Assembly (NCBI RefSeq): GCF_006345805.1
Contig: NC_043003.1
Coordinates: forward strand, 38,068,001-38,132,000
DNA: 64,000 bases
Source: Octopus sinensis
Taxonomy: Eukaryota
Reading direction: 5' to 3'
A program made the position numbers and the translations under genes. The notes under the pieces are model-generated. The model did not search any database, was not told the DNA's origin, and saw nothing but the letters and a program-made list of their open reading frames with translations. Shown here in pieces: positions 11,530 through 23,906 of this stretch (position 1 is the stretch's first letter; each line of letters begins with the position of its first letter).

Positions 11530-12682
11530 TCAGCCATTTAATTTGGGGGAGAACTTAGCTATGAAATATTTTTCCATATTCCTCCTGAAAGAGGTGTCGT
11601 TCTTCGAACATTTGTAGAAGGGAAAGATCTTAAATTTTCCTTCTCCACATGTAGCTAGGTGTGTACTTAGTGGTATCTTGCGTAGTTCTTCCTGCTGACC
11701 ATGTCGGTGAATCCTGGCTCGCTGGCACAAAGAATTACCAGTTTCACCTATGTAATCCTCCTTGCACGTGGGGCAGGTTATGCAGTATATAACGTTCTGC
11801 GTCTTGCTGTTCATATCTGCATTTACTTCAAATACATAACCACTTTTAAATTTCATCGATTTGTCTCCCTCTATGTATTTGTAGGTGGGGTTGCTGCAGA
11901 TCCCACATCTACCATTTCCGCACTTTTTTGCAAAGAATTCAGTTTTAGTTTCTGAAGAGAATTTCGCTCTTGTTAGATGTTTCTTTAGGTTTTTGTCTTG
12001 TCGTCTACTGTTTTTTATGCAATATTTGTTTAGTATGTTTTCCATTTTGGGGCTTTGTAAGGCTATTGGCAGGTTTGAATGTATGATTTGGAACATGTTG
12101 GTAACTCCAGGGTTGTGCGTGTTTATGAAAGGGATAATGTTTTCTTTGTTTTTTGTTTTGGGTGTCCTGAGTTGTGCGATGTCTAGTTTCATTGCTCTTG
12201 TGATTCCATTTTCTATTAGTTTAAGGGGGTATTTTTGCTCTAGTAGGAAGTTTTTAAGTTCATCTAGTCTTATTAGTCGTGTTTGTGTGTCAGTTACTAT
12301 ACTACATATTCGTCTTGCCATACTATATGGGATGTTTCTTTTTGTGTGGGATGGGTGGCAGGAGGGGAAATTTAAATATTGGTGTGTGTCGGTTTTTTTG
12401 TAGTGGATGTCTGTTGTGATGATGGAGTTGTGTATTTTGATGTTGATGTCTTGGAAGGGAAGTTCGTTGTGGCTGGTATCTATTGTGAAGTTGATAGATG
12501 GGTGCAGCGTGTTGAGGATGTTGTGGAATGTTTTTCGGCACTGTATTTGGAATGTGTGTGAGGAAGTCTATGTCATCCCTTATGTAGCTTGGTATCTGTG
12601 GGCATAAATGTTTGAGGAGTACATCTATGAAGTGGCTTAGTTGTTGTGTTGGTGCCTGGGATCCTGCCACTATTGGTCTCAT
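11530..12682 (-). pseudogene. Penelope RT/GIY-YIG polyprotein with RT core deleted
   Basis: Pre-RT sequence (…HIPNTVPKN) joins directly to post-RT LHPSINFT…PFLD…TDTHQYL. The GIY-YIG C-terminus is open (ORF 11530..12321). Confidence 0.8.
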
Positions 12683-12819
12683 TGTGAGGTCTCCAGGCCT
12701 TTGTATTCTTATATAGTGGTTCCTCTGTTCCTTTATGGCTCTCTGTAATCCATAAAAGTTGCTATCTTTGGTTCTTGAGTTGCATAGATAGAATTTCTCC
12801 TTATCTGTAAAGGAGTCCT

Positions 12820-12862
<43 letters not shown>

Positions 12863-12874
12863 TATATATATATA

Positions 12875-14196
12875 ATGTTTGTCCTTCGGGTTCGAAGATG
12901 ACCATTGACATCATTTAGTGGAATTGCTGCTATGAGACCGGAGCTGGCTGGTGAGGCCAATCCGGGCAAGAAAGCCCCTCCCACAGGTGGGGCAGAAGTG
13001 GGTAGGGGCTGTGCTATTGGTGCAGGTGGCTCTGGCTTTCTGCATTTGGCGTTTCTGTTCTGCTGACTGAATCCGTCTCTCCTCGGCTGTCTTTGCTCCT
13101 GTGGTGATTGCGCTGCGCCAGGATGAGCGGTTGGCAGCAAGTGTTTGCCAAGTCTCTGTGCCGATGGAGAAGTCTTTGAGAGAGACTTTGAGACTGTCTT
13201 TGAAGCGCTTCTTCTGCCCTCCGACTTTGTGTTTGTCCTGGTAGAGTTCACTGTAGAAGAGCTGTTTTGGGATGCGAGTGTCGGACATGCGGGAGACGTG
13301 GCCTGCCCATCTCAGCTGGGCCTTGCGCATGATCGTGATGGTGCTAGGGAGATCTGCCTGCTTCAGAACTTCCGTGTCTGGGACTTTGTCCTGCCAGCGG
13401 ATGTGAAGGAGGTTCCGAAGACACCTGAGGTGAAAGTGGTTTATCTGCTGCTCGTGCCTTCGGTAAGCAGTCCACGTCTCGCAGCCGTATAGTAGGGTGG
13501 TAAGCACGACTGCCCGGTAGACTTTCAGCTTGGTGTTGAGGCTGATTCCTCTCCGCTCCCAGACTTTCTTTTGCAGTCTCCCAAACGCGCTGCTTGCCTT
13601 GGATATTCTGTTGATGATTTCAGCATCTACGTTGGCATTGCAGGAGAGAGTGCTGCCCAGGTAGGTAAAGTTTTCCACCACTCGGTCACTCAGGAGGCTG
13701 CTGGACTCCACTGCTGCCTCAGTTCAGTGAGGGGCGACCACATGTCCTGAGCCGCCTGTGTGTGGGTTCACGACTTTGTGATGTTGGTGTCGTGATCTCA
13801 TGACGTGCGCGTGACTTGGATTATAGTGAGGGTGACTTGCACAGGATCAGCCTCACTCTCTCGTCCTGGTGCGCCGGATCCAGTGGCAAGACAAAGTCAA
13901 GACGGCTGGGGGTAGACCAGGATGCAGAAGCTGCCGGAAGGTGGCATGCAAGGCGCAATCCAACCGCCTTAGGGGCTCCACTCCGGATTTATGTAGGTTT
14001 TTGGATGGCCATTGACTCGTGAGAGAATTCCTCTGCCCTTTGACAGGTTTTGTTTTTAGTCCTGCTGGGTGTCCAAATCACCCTCCTCACCAAGAAATCG
14101 TGGTGGGGTTGCCAGTTTCGTCGACAACGACCCGACCATGTAACAGGTTGTACTGGGTTACATTTTATCAGTAGCTCCAAGCGGAGACCTGACACA
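12875..14196 (-). mobile_element. RTE-clade LINE, internally deleted (putative 5' UTR joined to 3' end)
   Basis: ORF 12911..13711 has FTYLGSTLS, KLKVYRAVVLTTLLYGCETW, RWAGHV and a CPTC..F...GL zinc finger. The GC-rich 13690-14196 part is non-coding. (TA)n flanks both ends. Confidence 0.8.
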
Positions 14197-14229
<33 letters not shown>

Positions 14230-14236
14230 TACACAC

Positions 14237-14283
<47 letters not shown>

Positions 14284-14386
14284 ATATATAATATATATAT
14301 ATATATACACATATACATACACACACGTATATATGTATGTGTGTGTGTATATATATATATATAACATACACACACGTATATATGTA

Positions 14387-14418
<32 letters not shown>

Positions 14419-14451
14419 CCACACACACACACACACACACACATATACATG

Positions 14452-14487
<36 letters not shown>

Positions 14488-14489
14488 TA
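14197..14489. repeat. Compound (TA)n/(CA)n/(TG)n microsatellite (representative of many in the window)
   Basis: Direct inspection. Confidence 0.95.
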
Positions 14490-15647
14490 GTTTTCTTTCG
14501 AAACGCACAGATAGCATAGAAGTGCTCAAGTTGAACCTGAGGTTTTGGATAAGTATAATGGATACAATAGCAAAAGTTCAAATCAGACAAACTATGTTTA
14601 ACATATTGGGCATTACTCTGATTATGGAGGCTTTTAAGGATTCTTTGGTGTTATGAGGGTGCTCATTAACCTCTTTCTCAATTACGCATCATATGTAATA
14701 GTCCAGTGGATCGAGATCTGGGAAGCCAGGAGGTCAAATGTTGTAGGTTGTGTAGTCACGAAAATTTTCCGCCATCAATTCCTGCATTGCTGTAGTCTTG
14801 TATGTTGGTGCCGAGTCTTGTTGAAGCACATAGTCTTCCATTGCATACATTATCGACCCATGGCTTAACCACTGCATTCAGAACATGTATGTAGGCAGCA
14901 GAGTTTACTTGAAGGCCTTGTGGAAAGCAGTGAAGTGGCATCACGTTCTTCATTGCTGACAACTCCCAAAACCATGACAGTTGCAGGAAATTTTGTATGC
15001 GTTACTCTTGGAACTTCAAAAGGGTCTGCACATAGCCATCTGTCATTTCTTCTGTTTATTTTCTGATCTTGGTCAAAGTTTTTCTCGTCTGAGGAGAACC
15101 AAATATCTTTCTATGCTGGGTTTTTAAGTTTATTTGGGAGTCTTTTAGATCTGCTTAAACAATTTTCTTTCACTGTTTCTGACATGAAATGACTTTTTCT
15201 CATCACATAAGATTTGTATCTGATATCTTTGTGGACAACATTTCGGATTGTTCCTTCTGGCACATGGTGTTTTTTTGCAATCAGTCTCATAGGTCTTCTG
15301 AGATTGTCATCAATGGTCTGCTTTACTTGTTGAATAAATTCTGGTGTTCTAATAGTATCAGTGCATCTACAATGTTTCTTACGTTTTGATACTGGCAATA
15401 GATTTCTGTTTTTGTCTCCAACTCCTTGGGAATTTTGTAGACGAAGGATCTAGTGACTTTTAAAAATCGTGCTATTTCTAAATTGCTATGTTTAGCCTTT
15501 ATAGCCATGATCACTGTGTGCCTCTTCATTTCTTGTGTAATCCTAGGGTCTGCCATTGATAATTATGAAATATAAAAAGTATTAAGTTGATACATATGCT
15601 GCTATAGTAAAAATTAACATATGTCCTCAAAAACCTTACACACCCTG
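14490..15647 (-). mobile_element. Tc1/mariner transposon relic (maT/DD37D-like)
   Basis: Fragments: HTH region EIARFLKVTRSFVYK, RTPEFIQQV..TIRNVVHKDI, WFSSDEKNFDQDQKINRRNDRWL, KFPATVMVLGVVS and VVKPWVD. One end reads TA-CAGGGTG at 15649-15641. Confidence 0.8.
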
Positions 15648-15652
15648 TATGC

Positions 15653-15688
<36 letters not shown>

Positions 15689-15802
15689 GTAAAAAGTGAA
15701 AAAACTACAGAAGGCTTGTTTTAAAAGGTTAAAAAATATATATTTGAGTCATTATGTTAGAAGAATGTTATAAATTTTTTTTATACAATGACATAGTTTT
15801 TG

Positions 15803-15842
15803 AAGAAATGACCGGTTTCGCGTTCAGCTTTTCAAATTTCTT
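15803..15842 (-). ncRNA. Minimal type I hammerhead ribozyme (Penelope-type U3/A8 variant)
   Basis: Minus strand reads AAGAAAT-TTGAAAA-GCTGAACGC-GAAA-CCG-GTC-ATTTCTT: 7-bp stem I, palindromic ACCGGT stem III and GUC cleavage triplet. Confidence 0.75.
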
Positions 15843-15968
15843 ACATCGAGTCAGTATTGAAGGAACCAGAAAAAACTATTAGTAACAGAAAAACACAAAA
15901 CTGTATTTCTCTCTGTAAATTATGAAATTACTTACATCAGTAATTGTGAACTTCTTTCTGTCAGTAAT

Positions 15969-16270
15969 TTATCGTTGTTTGCTTGTACTTAGAAAATCCG
16001 CACCTAAAATAGGATGCTGAATGTCAGCAATGATAAAAACCCATTGAAAATCTCGACAAAGATTAATGTCAAGGTGTAAAGAGATCTGACTGAATGTGGC
16101 TATTGGTGACAAATCAATAGCGTGCAATGTAACATTAGATCGTTTTGGCCTGTCGGTTGTGAGATGCAGAGGCCAAATGCTGCAACAAGAACCAGTGTCC
16201 ACCATGAAGTTTTTCTTCAACACTTGATCCTTGACGAAAAATGCACGATAACTAGAAAATGATGTGGAGG
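15969..16270 (-). pseudogene. Isolated Gypsy aspartic protease fragment
   Basis: FFVKD...FMVDTGSCCSIWP...FQWVFIIADIQHPILGADFL. Confidence 0.8.
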
Positions 16271-18653
16271 AAGTTGACGTGCTCAAATTCTCCGAAGCTA
16301 GTTTAAAGGTTTATAGGTGCATGGCTGTATGCACTTATGTGCTTTCTCTCCAAAATTGGAGTGATACCAACACAGTCCGGACTTTGACTGTGTGGAACGT
16401 GACGATGAACGGCTGCGACTCCGCGATCTTGAAAATCGCTTGCCATCGCGTCCATCCTTTTGGTGAGACTTTCTATTTGTTTAGAAAGTCCCTCAAAATG
16501 TCATCGTATAAAATGTTTACAATAGTTGATTTATGGAAAAGATTATAATGTTAAATTGTTTAATTGTATATATAAAAAGAAAAGAGAGAATTCTTTCATT
16601 TGTATATAAAGAAATAGAAAGATTTTTTTCTTTTTTTATGTATCATATTTTAACAGATCATATTTTTTTCTCATTATCATCATCATTGTTTGATTTTTTA
16701 CTATTTTTTTTAACCGTTCAATTTTGGGCTAAATTTTTCTATAATATGCAGTTCCATAGCTTTACGGTATTCTGGGTCATTCCATGAGCATTTGTGGAAT
16801 GAAATTTCTTCCACTGAAGAAATCTTCAATAATCACGCACCATATTATAATGAAGCACTCACCACTAACGCTAGTGTGATGGTTGAATATTTTGCTGTAC
16901 ACTCCATTTTCATGATCTTAGATGACATGTTGGACTTCCAAATTGGGTTATACTAAAGGACGACATAGTTTTTATATTTTTGGTTAGGTCTGTTTGTCTG
17001 AGTGCTTGGAGCGGTGGTAGTTGTGTCATTTGTTGTCTATTACAAGTTTTCTTTAATTCATGGTAAATATATGTTTGTGTAGATGCATATGTACGTGTAT
17101 ATATACACATGTATACATAAACAGATATAATTGTAACGCTGCTACACCAGTCACTAGATATCACACTCTTTATGAATAATAGCAATATATGACTCAGTGT
17201 GAAAGCAGATATTGTGGAACTGTTGTCAGCACCATTTTGTATCCAACAGATTTTGATATTTCTTAAAACACTCACTGAATTACAAAAAAAAAAAAAATGA
17301 AATTCACTATAATGCAATCACAAAACAGGAGAGGTGTTCTGAGAAAGAACTCCCATCTGACAAGTGTTTGGCCATTATTGCTGATACGCTATGGGAGCTG
17401 GAGCCACCCACCTCTTGTCTCATAGGTTTCCCCTTGCTGCTTTCCAAAATACTGTCGCCTGCATAATTCAGACGTTAGGCATTCTTTTTGTGGTCTTGAA
17501 TTCCCTTGCCTGTGTATTCTGACTTACATGTTGTTTCCAGATTGTGGAGTCATTACTCATATGCATAACTTATTGGCATGGATATCAAGGAATGCAGTAT
17601 TTTCATATTTTGGTATTTCGATATGAAGAGTAATGTTTTCACCGCATTTAAGTTGTGAAAACTATATATCATTCAAATATATATATCTTTCAACTTTAAT
17701 CTTTTATGTCTTTCATTCATTAGATTCCTGCCATGCCATGTACATATATTGCTGGAATGTAATATATGCCTGTGTATGTATGTATATATACATATGTACA
17801 CATGTATGTGTATACATACCTAAATATGTGTTTGTGTAGATGCATATGAATGTATATGTATACACGTGTATATATACAGGTATTCAAATACAGATATATT
17901 TGTAGTGCTGCTACAACATTCAGTAGATACTATGCTCTTTCTGAATAATAGGAATATGTGACACAGTATGAAGGCAGACAATATGGAACTTTTGTCTGTA
18001 GTATATATATACATATATATGTATGTGTATGCTTATACATATGGATATATATTTATAGATATACTTATAATTCTGCTACACCAGTTACTGAATAATGGCA
18101 ATTTGCGACACAGTGTGAATGCAGACGTTGTGAAACTTTTATGAGCACCATTATGAATCCGAGAAATTCTCATAATTCTTAAACATGTAGATAACCTGAA
18201 TTATAATTCCTAGGACATGCCTGAGGCTGAATCTGCTGCTGCTTTTTCTAGATGCATCTATGTGAAGGACTTTTGATGGTGTATTCTTACTCTTTATATT
18301 CAAATGAATCTTTTGAAATTTATTATTGTCATGAGAAAACAGAGAAATGGAATATTCTGACTTACATATCGTCTGCATAACATGTAGATATTACCTGTAT
18401 GCATAAAAGTAAAGCCATGAATATCAAGGCACATAATGCTGCATTCATATACCCAATGGATGCAAAGCTAGGAATGTGTTGTTTTCATATTCGGTATAAA
18501 AATGTTAACGGTAGCACTTTCTCTCCACTCAACTTTTAAATCATTTTAATTTTTTATATTCTTCATCTTCTAAGTTTCACTTGTTTCAGTGATTAGATTT
18601 TTACCATGCAGTAAATATATATTGCTTGATTGCAATATATGTGTGTTTATGAG

Positions 18654-18702
<49 letters not shown>

Positions 18703-19929
18703 CATACATGTCTGTAGATACACATGTATGTGTATAAGCACACATGTATGTATATACAAAGATACAATGCTGTTACACAAGTCACCGAATACTATGCCTT
18801 TCTGAATACTAGCAATTTGTGGCATAGAGTGAAAGCAGGCTTTGTGAAACTGTTGTCAGAACCATTATGTATCCAACAGATTTTATTTCTTAAAACACTC
18901 ACTGAATTACAAAAAAAAAAAATGAAATTCACTATAATGCAATCTCAAAACAGGAGAGGTGTTCTGAGAGAGAACTCCCATCTGACAAGTGTTTGGCTAT
19001 TATTGCTGATACTCTATGGGAGCTGGAGCCACCCATCTCTTGTCTCGTAGGTTTCCCCTTGCTGCTTTCCAAAATCCTGTCTCCTGCATGATTCAGACGT
19101 AAGGCATTCTTTTTGTGGTCTTGAATTCCCTTGCCTGTGTTTCAGACCACTAATGCTGCTACACCAGTCACTAGATATTATGCCTTTCTGAATAATAGCA
19201 ATTTGTGACACAGTGTGAAGGTAAACATTGAGGAACTTTTGTCAGCACCATTATGTACCAGACAGATTCTGGTATTTCTTCAAACCTGTACAGAATGACT
19301 GCAATTAGAATACCCAGGAAAAGCAGGGGCTAGACTGATGTTGGTGGTTCTTGATGCATCGGCTTTAAAGTCTTTTGTTGTTGTATTCTTACTTTTTGTG
19401 TCGAAATCAATTTTTGCCATTTCGAAATTATTGTCATAAGCCACCCAAGTTGAATATTCTGACTTACATGTTGTCTCCGGATCGTGGAGACATTACGCTT
19501 ATGCATAACTTATTGTCACGGATATCAAGGAATGCAGTATTTTCATATTTGGTATTTCAATAGGAAGAGTGATATTTTCTCTCCATTGAAGTTGTGAGAA
19601 CTATATATCTTTGAAATACAAAAGTAAGGACGTAAAGTAAGTACAGTTAGGGAGCTTTTTAATGATCACTATAAATGTTTTGATACATATAGATCTACAT
19701 ATTGAAATGAATTTTTTGAATTTATCATCACAAAACAACAAATTCAAATATCTTGACTTGCATGTCATCTGCAAATTGTTTAGACATTGTTGTATCACAT
19801 TCATATACCCGATGAATGCAAAGCTAGAAATGCAGTGTTTCCATTTTTGGTACTTGTATAGAAAGTCTAGCATTTCCATATTTGGTATGTGTATATAAAG
19901 GGGAGCATTTTTACCCCTCCCAAATAGTT

Positions 19930-20003
<74 letters not shown>

Positions 20004-20178
20004 ACATGATGATAATGATGATGATACATATTCTTCATCTTTTAGCTTTTATCTGCTTCATTTATTAAATTCTTACCATGCAGTCAATATCTATTCCTGG
20101 AATGAAATATGTTTTTTATGTATATATAAATATGTGTGTATGTCTGTATACACATGTATGTGTAGGTTCATATGTACA

Positions 20179-20217
<39 letters not shown>

Positions 20218-20265
20218 AAAAAAGAAGTTTGAAAACGCCACTACATTAGATAAATTTTAATTTTC

Positions 20266-20322
20266 TTATGAATTTTACATGTTTCGGTTCTTGAAAAAAC
20301 GAACCTTATCAAAAATATTATA
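20266..20322 (-). ncRNA. Hammerhead ribozyme-like motif in a Penelope-type fragment
   Basis: Minus strand reads ...ATATTT-TTGATAA-GGTTC(loop)GAACC-GAAA-CAT-GTA-AAATT: 5-bp stem II, palindromic ACATGT stem III, GUA triplet. Stem I is short. Confidence 0.6.
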
Positions 20323-20988
20323 AAAAGTGCAATAGAAAAAGTTCATAATCGTTTATTACTGGTCTCAATAGAATCCATGTTCTTGAAAAAACGAACCTTA
20401 TCAAAAATATTATAAAAAGTGCAATAGAAAAGTTCATAATCGTTTCTTACTGGTCTCAAAACACCACGTGGTGGTGTTTTGTCGGTAGTTGGTATAATCG
20501 ATATATTACAGTTGAGTGTAGTGAAGAAGTTCATCACTGTTTCTTGCTGGTATCAAAAGGAACCGCTTTTTTGTTACCTTGTGTTCTAATTGTAGCAACA
20601 GTAGTGATTGTTGGTCGTAGTAGTAGTAACCTGTGGCTGTCCTAGCAGCAGTTACTGTTGGTCGTGATTTTGGTAAACTTGGTGGTGGTTGGGACACACT
20701 TAAATATATAGATATATTTGCATGTGTATACACATGGATGCATATTTATAGATATTCTGCTACACCAGTTACTGAATGTTATGTCTTTCTGAATAATGGC
20801 AATTTGTGACACAGTGTGAATGCAGATATTGTGGAACTTTTTTGAGCACCATTATGAATCCAAGGTATTCTCATAATTCTTAAACATGTAGATAACCTGA
20901 ATTATAATTCCTGGGACAAGCCTGAGGCTGAATCTGCTGATACTTTTTCTAGATTCATCTATGTGAAGAACTTTTGATGGTGTATTCT

Positions 20989-22290
20989 TAATAATAATAA
21001 TAAAACATTGTGTACAGTGCTCAGGTGCACTACAACTCATCTAAAGTGTATGTATAGTACATAGGGTAATGTACAGGTTCCAATCTGCTCTCTTCCAATC
21101 GAAGGAAGCAGATTGGAGATGGTTCAGGTTTTTGTTGTTGCCCGCAAGAACCAGATTGGCGATGATCATAGCATGATCAGAGTCGCCTAGAGGTTCCTCC
21201 GTAGTACAATTGATAACCGCTTTAGGAGTTGTGGTGAAGAGCAGGTCCAATCGTTGTCGCCTCTTGTTGGAGAGGTGACTACTTGTGACCAGTACAAGCT
21301 CAATGAAATCGTTTGCACTCTGTGGCCAATGGAAGGTTTCCCAATTGATCTCAGGATGATTGAAGTCGCCTGCAATAAAAACATAAGTGGCTGTTTTCCT
21401 GGCAGCAGCTTGGAGGATATCGCAAAGCTGTGTGTCTTGATGGTAATTTGGGGGACGATAAACAACGCCAAGCAGGAGTGTTGACATGGTCATACGTATG
21501 TCACAGAAAAAAACTTCTTCTTGTGATTCGTTCAAATTAGCACAAGGAATTACCGAAAAATTTGAACGAACGTAGACCATCACACCACCACCACAGCGCT
21601 TAATGCGGTCCTTGCGGAAAAGGTTGTACCCAGTAATGTTGAAAACCCCATCACAAAGTAAATGTGCCTATGTTTCCGTGACTGTGATGAAGTCAGGGTC
21701 AATACTTCTGACGTAGGAGTTGAACGGATGTATTTTGTTGCATAAACTGCGAGCATTTAAGGACAACAATTTGTACCCTGCTTGCAGTTTATGATGGTGT
21801 GTAGAGGATGGCAAGTTGTTCTGGTTTAGTTTCCCAGAGTTGCTGTAGTTTTTTTTCCATTTTCAGTTATTGTGGGTAGAGAGCACTCAGACCAGGTGGT
21901 ATCTCTCTTCCACGTTTCACCAGTCTTAACAAATCTCCAGATTTGTCCATCCTCACGAAGACTGAAACTTTCTTGCAGAGCTGAGTTCCGGTTCAGGGAA
22001 GCTGCTACACGTAGCTTCGGACGTACGTCGGGTGGTAAGCCTGGGCGTGTTTGGAAGGTAGTCCGATTTTCACGCCCAACTTTAACTGAAGCCAGATGGT
22101 ATGAGGTTGCCTCAGCATTGTCTGAAAAAGACAGCTGATGAGCCTGGGTTTTGGGCCAGGTCGTCCAAGGCGGAGAGCACCCGTTGGGGGAACGCAGCCT
22201 AGCTCTTTGGCTGAGTTGGCAGCAAATGCCTGAAGATCAACCATGTCTTCTGGTACCCCAATGGCAATAACTTCGTGGGTAATAGAATCC
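20989..22290 (-). mobile_element. RT-less CR1 derivative (ORF1 C-terminus + endonuclease + 3' tail); copies at ~34810-36125, 41798-43120, 48732-50055, 56079-57395
   Basis: ORF1-like RLGRPGPKTRLIKLSF...LGN*, then endonuclease LNARSL, ETW, GGG.MVYV, YRPP, AGDFN, PTRGDNALDL and SDH. This joins a 43-nt tail identical to 4201-4243 plus (TTA)n. Confidence 0.85.
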
Positions 22291-22980
22291 GCGGTCTTTA
22301 AGGATGTCCCTTGTGAGAGGATGGGTACCTGTAAGAAGAAATTTAAGTGGCTCTGGTGAATCCCTAGGTGTAGGTAGTTACACCTTTCCATTTGAACAGC
22401 ACAATCCCGCTGTTTCACCTATCCATTTTTTAGACATGCTGCCAATCTGATTGTGAGGGTGGTCTGCATAATCATTAGTGGGAACGTAAGTGAAAGCCTT
22501 CAATGACCATTGTGATTTTATTACTCTCGAAATACCTTGCCTATAGGCTTTGTACTGAGAAACATCCCCCTAGTCGATTGGATCTGTTATCTGCTGTCTC
22601 TGCAGCTCTGGCAGATGCAGTAGAAGCAGCGTCTCTGCTCAGATGCAGCTCACATTGAGCATCATTCCCTGCAGCTCTGGCAAATGCCGTAGAGGCAGCA
22701 TTTCTATTCAGATGTAGTTCATGTTGTGCATCGTTCTCAGCAGCTCCTTCAGATCGTGCAGCTGCAGCCTTTCGGTCTAAACGAAGTCTACGCCGACTAT
22801 TTTTGTCTGCAGCTTGTACATCTGCATTAATTGTTGCATTTCCATTGTTCTGATGTGGAACATTTTCGTTATTCAGCACAGCCTGTGGGAATGTAGATGC
22901 TGAGGCATTACTGCTGCCTTGAATCGAAGTCTCGTCATCATTCTCTGTTGAATGAGAAGATGCAATGAGAACAGAATCTG
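22290..22980 (-). mobile_element. Helitron RepHel N-terminal fragment; shorter copies at ~36125-36745, 43120-43740, 50055-50675, 57395-58018
   Basis: Best seen in ORF 36029..36355: IGGMSKTCQFCSAKKWIGVPAGLCCSNGKVKLPTPRDPPQPLKFLLTG, the Helitron zinc-finger-like region. An Ala-rich repeat lies upstream. Confidence 0.85.
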
Positions 22981-23871
22981 AATAATAGCAATTTGTGACA
23001 CAGTGTGAAGGTAGACATTGTGGAAGTTTTGTCAGCACCATTATGTATCAGACAGATTCTGGTATTTCTTAAAACATGTACAGAATGACTGCAATTAGAA
23101 TCCCCAGGAAAAGCAGGGGCTAGCCTGATGTTGCTGGGTTCTTGTATTCTTACTTTTTATCTCGAAACCAATTTTTGCCATTTCGAAATTATTGTCATAA
23201 ACCACCCAAGTTGAATATTCTGACTTACATGTTGTCTCCAGATCGTGGAGACATTACTCATATGCATAACTTATTGGCACGGATATCAAAGAATGCAGTA
23301 TTTTCATATTTGGTATTTCAATATGAAGAGTGATATTTTCTCCCCATTGAAGTTGTGAAAACTATATATCTTTGAAATATAAAAGTAAAGACGTAAAGTA
23401 AGTACAGTTAGGGAGCTTTTTAATGATCACTATAAATGTTTTGATACATATAGATCTACATATTGAAATGAATTTTTTGAATTTGTTGTCATCACAAAAC
23501 AACAAATTCAAATATCTTGACTTGCATGTCATCTGCAAATTGTTTAGACATTGTTGTATCACATTCATACACCCGATGAATGCAAAGCTAGAAATGCAGT
23601 GTTTCCATATTTGGTACTTGTATAGAAAGGCTAGCATTTCCATATTTGGTACGTGTATATAAAGGGCAGCATTTTTACCCCACCCAAATAGTTACACACA
23701 CACACACACACACACATATATCTACATATTCTTCATCTTTTAGCTTTTATCTTATTAAATTCTTAGCATGCAGTCAATATCTATTCCGGGAATGAAATAT
23801 GTTTTTTATGTATATATAAATATGTGTGTGTGTGTGTCTGTATACACATTTATGTGTAGGTATGTGTACAT

Positions 23872-23904
<33 letters not shown>

Positions 23905-23906
<2 letters not shown>

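Larger units (their letters stand above)
5600..12822 (-). mobile_element. Penelope-like element with long 3' region, interrupted by the Gypsy element
   Basis: RPIVAG...SYIRDDIDFL, HPSHTKRNIPYSMARRI and GIY-YIG NVIYCITCPTCKEDYIGETG in 11530-12682. The non-coding 5830-6720 region matches in reverse complement the 3' flank of the related copy at 62457-64000. Left boundary approximate. Confidence 0.75.

Noticed and set aside
13989-14656. Many Y/I/C/V/T/H-rich ORFs (also 24871-25305, 39085-39420, 52878-53668 and others)
   Set aside because: They are translations of (TA)n/(CA)n/(TG)n microsatellites.
16750-17030. Possible further Penelope/Helitron coding remnant
   Set aside because: Only a weak RKAMELHI-type similarity with several stops; cannot be assigned.
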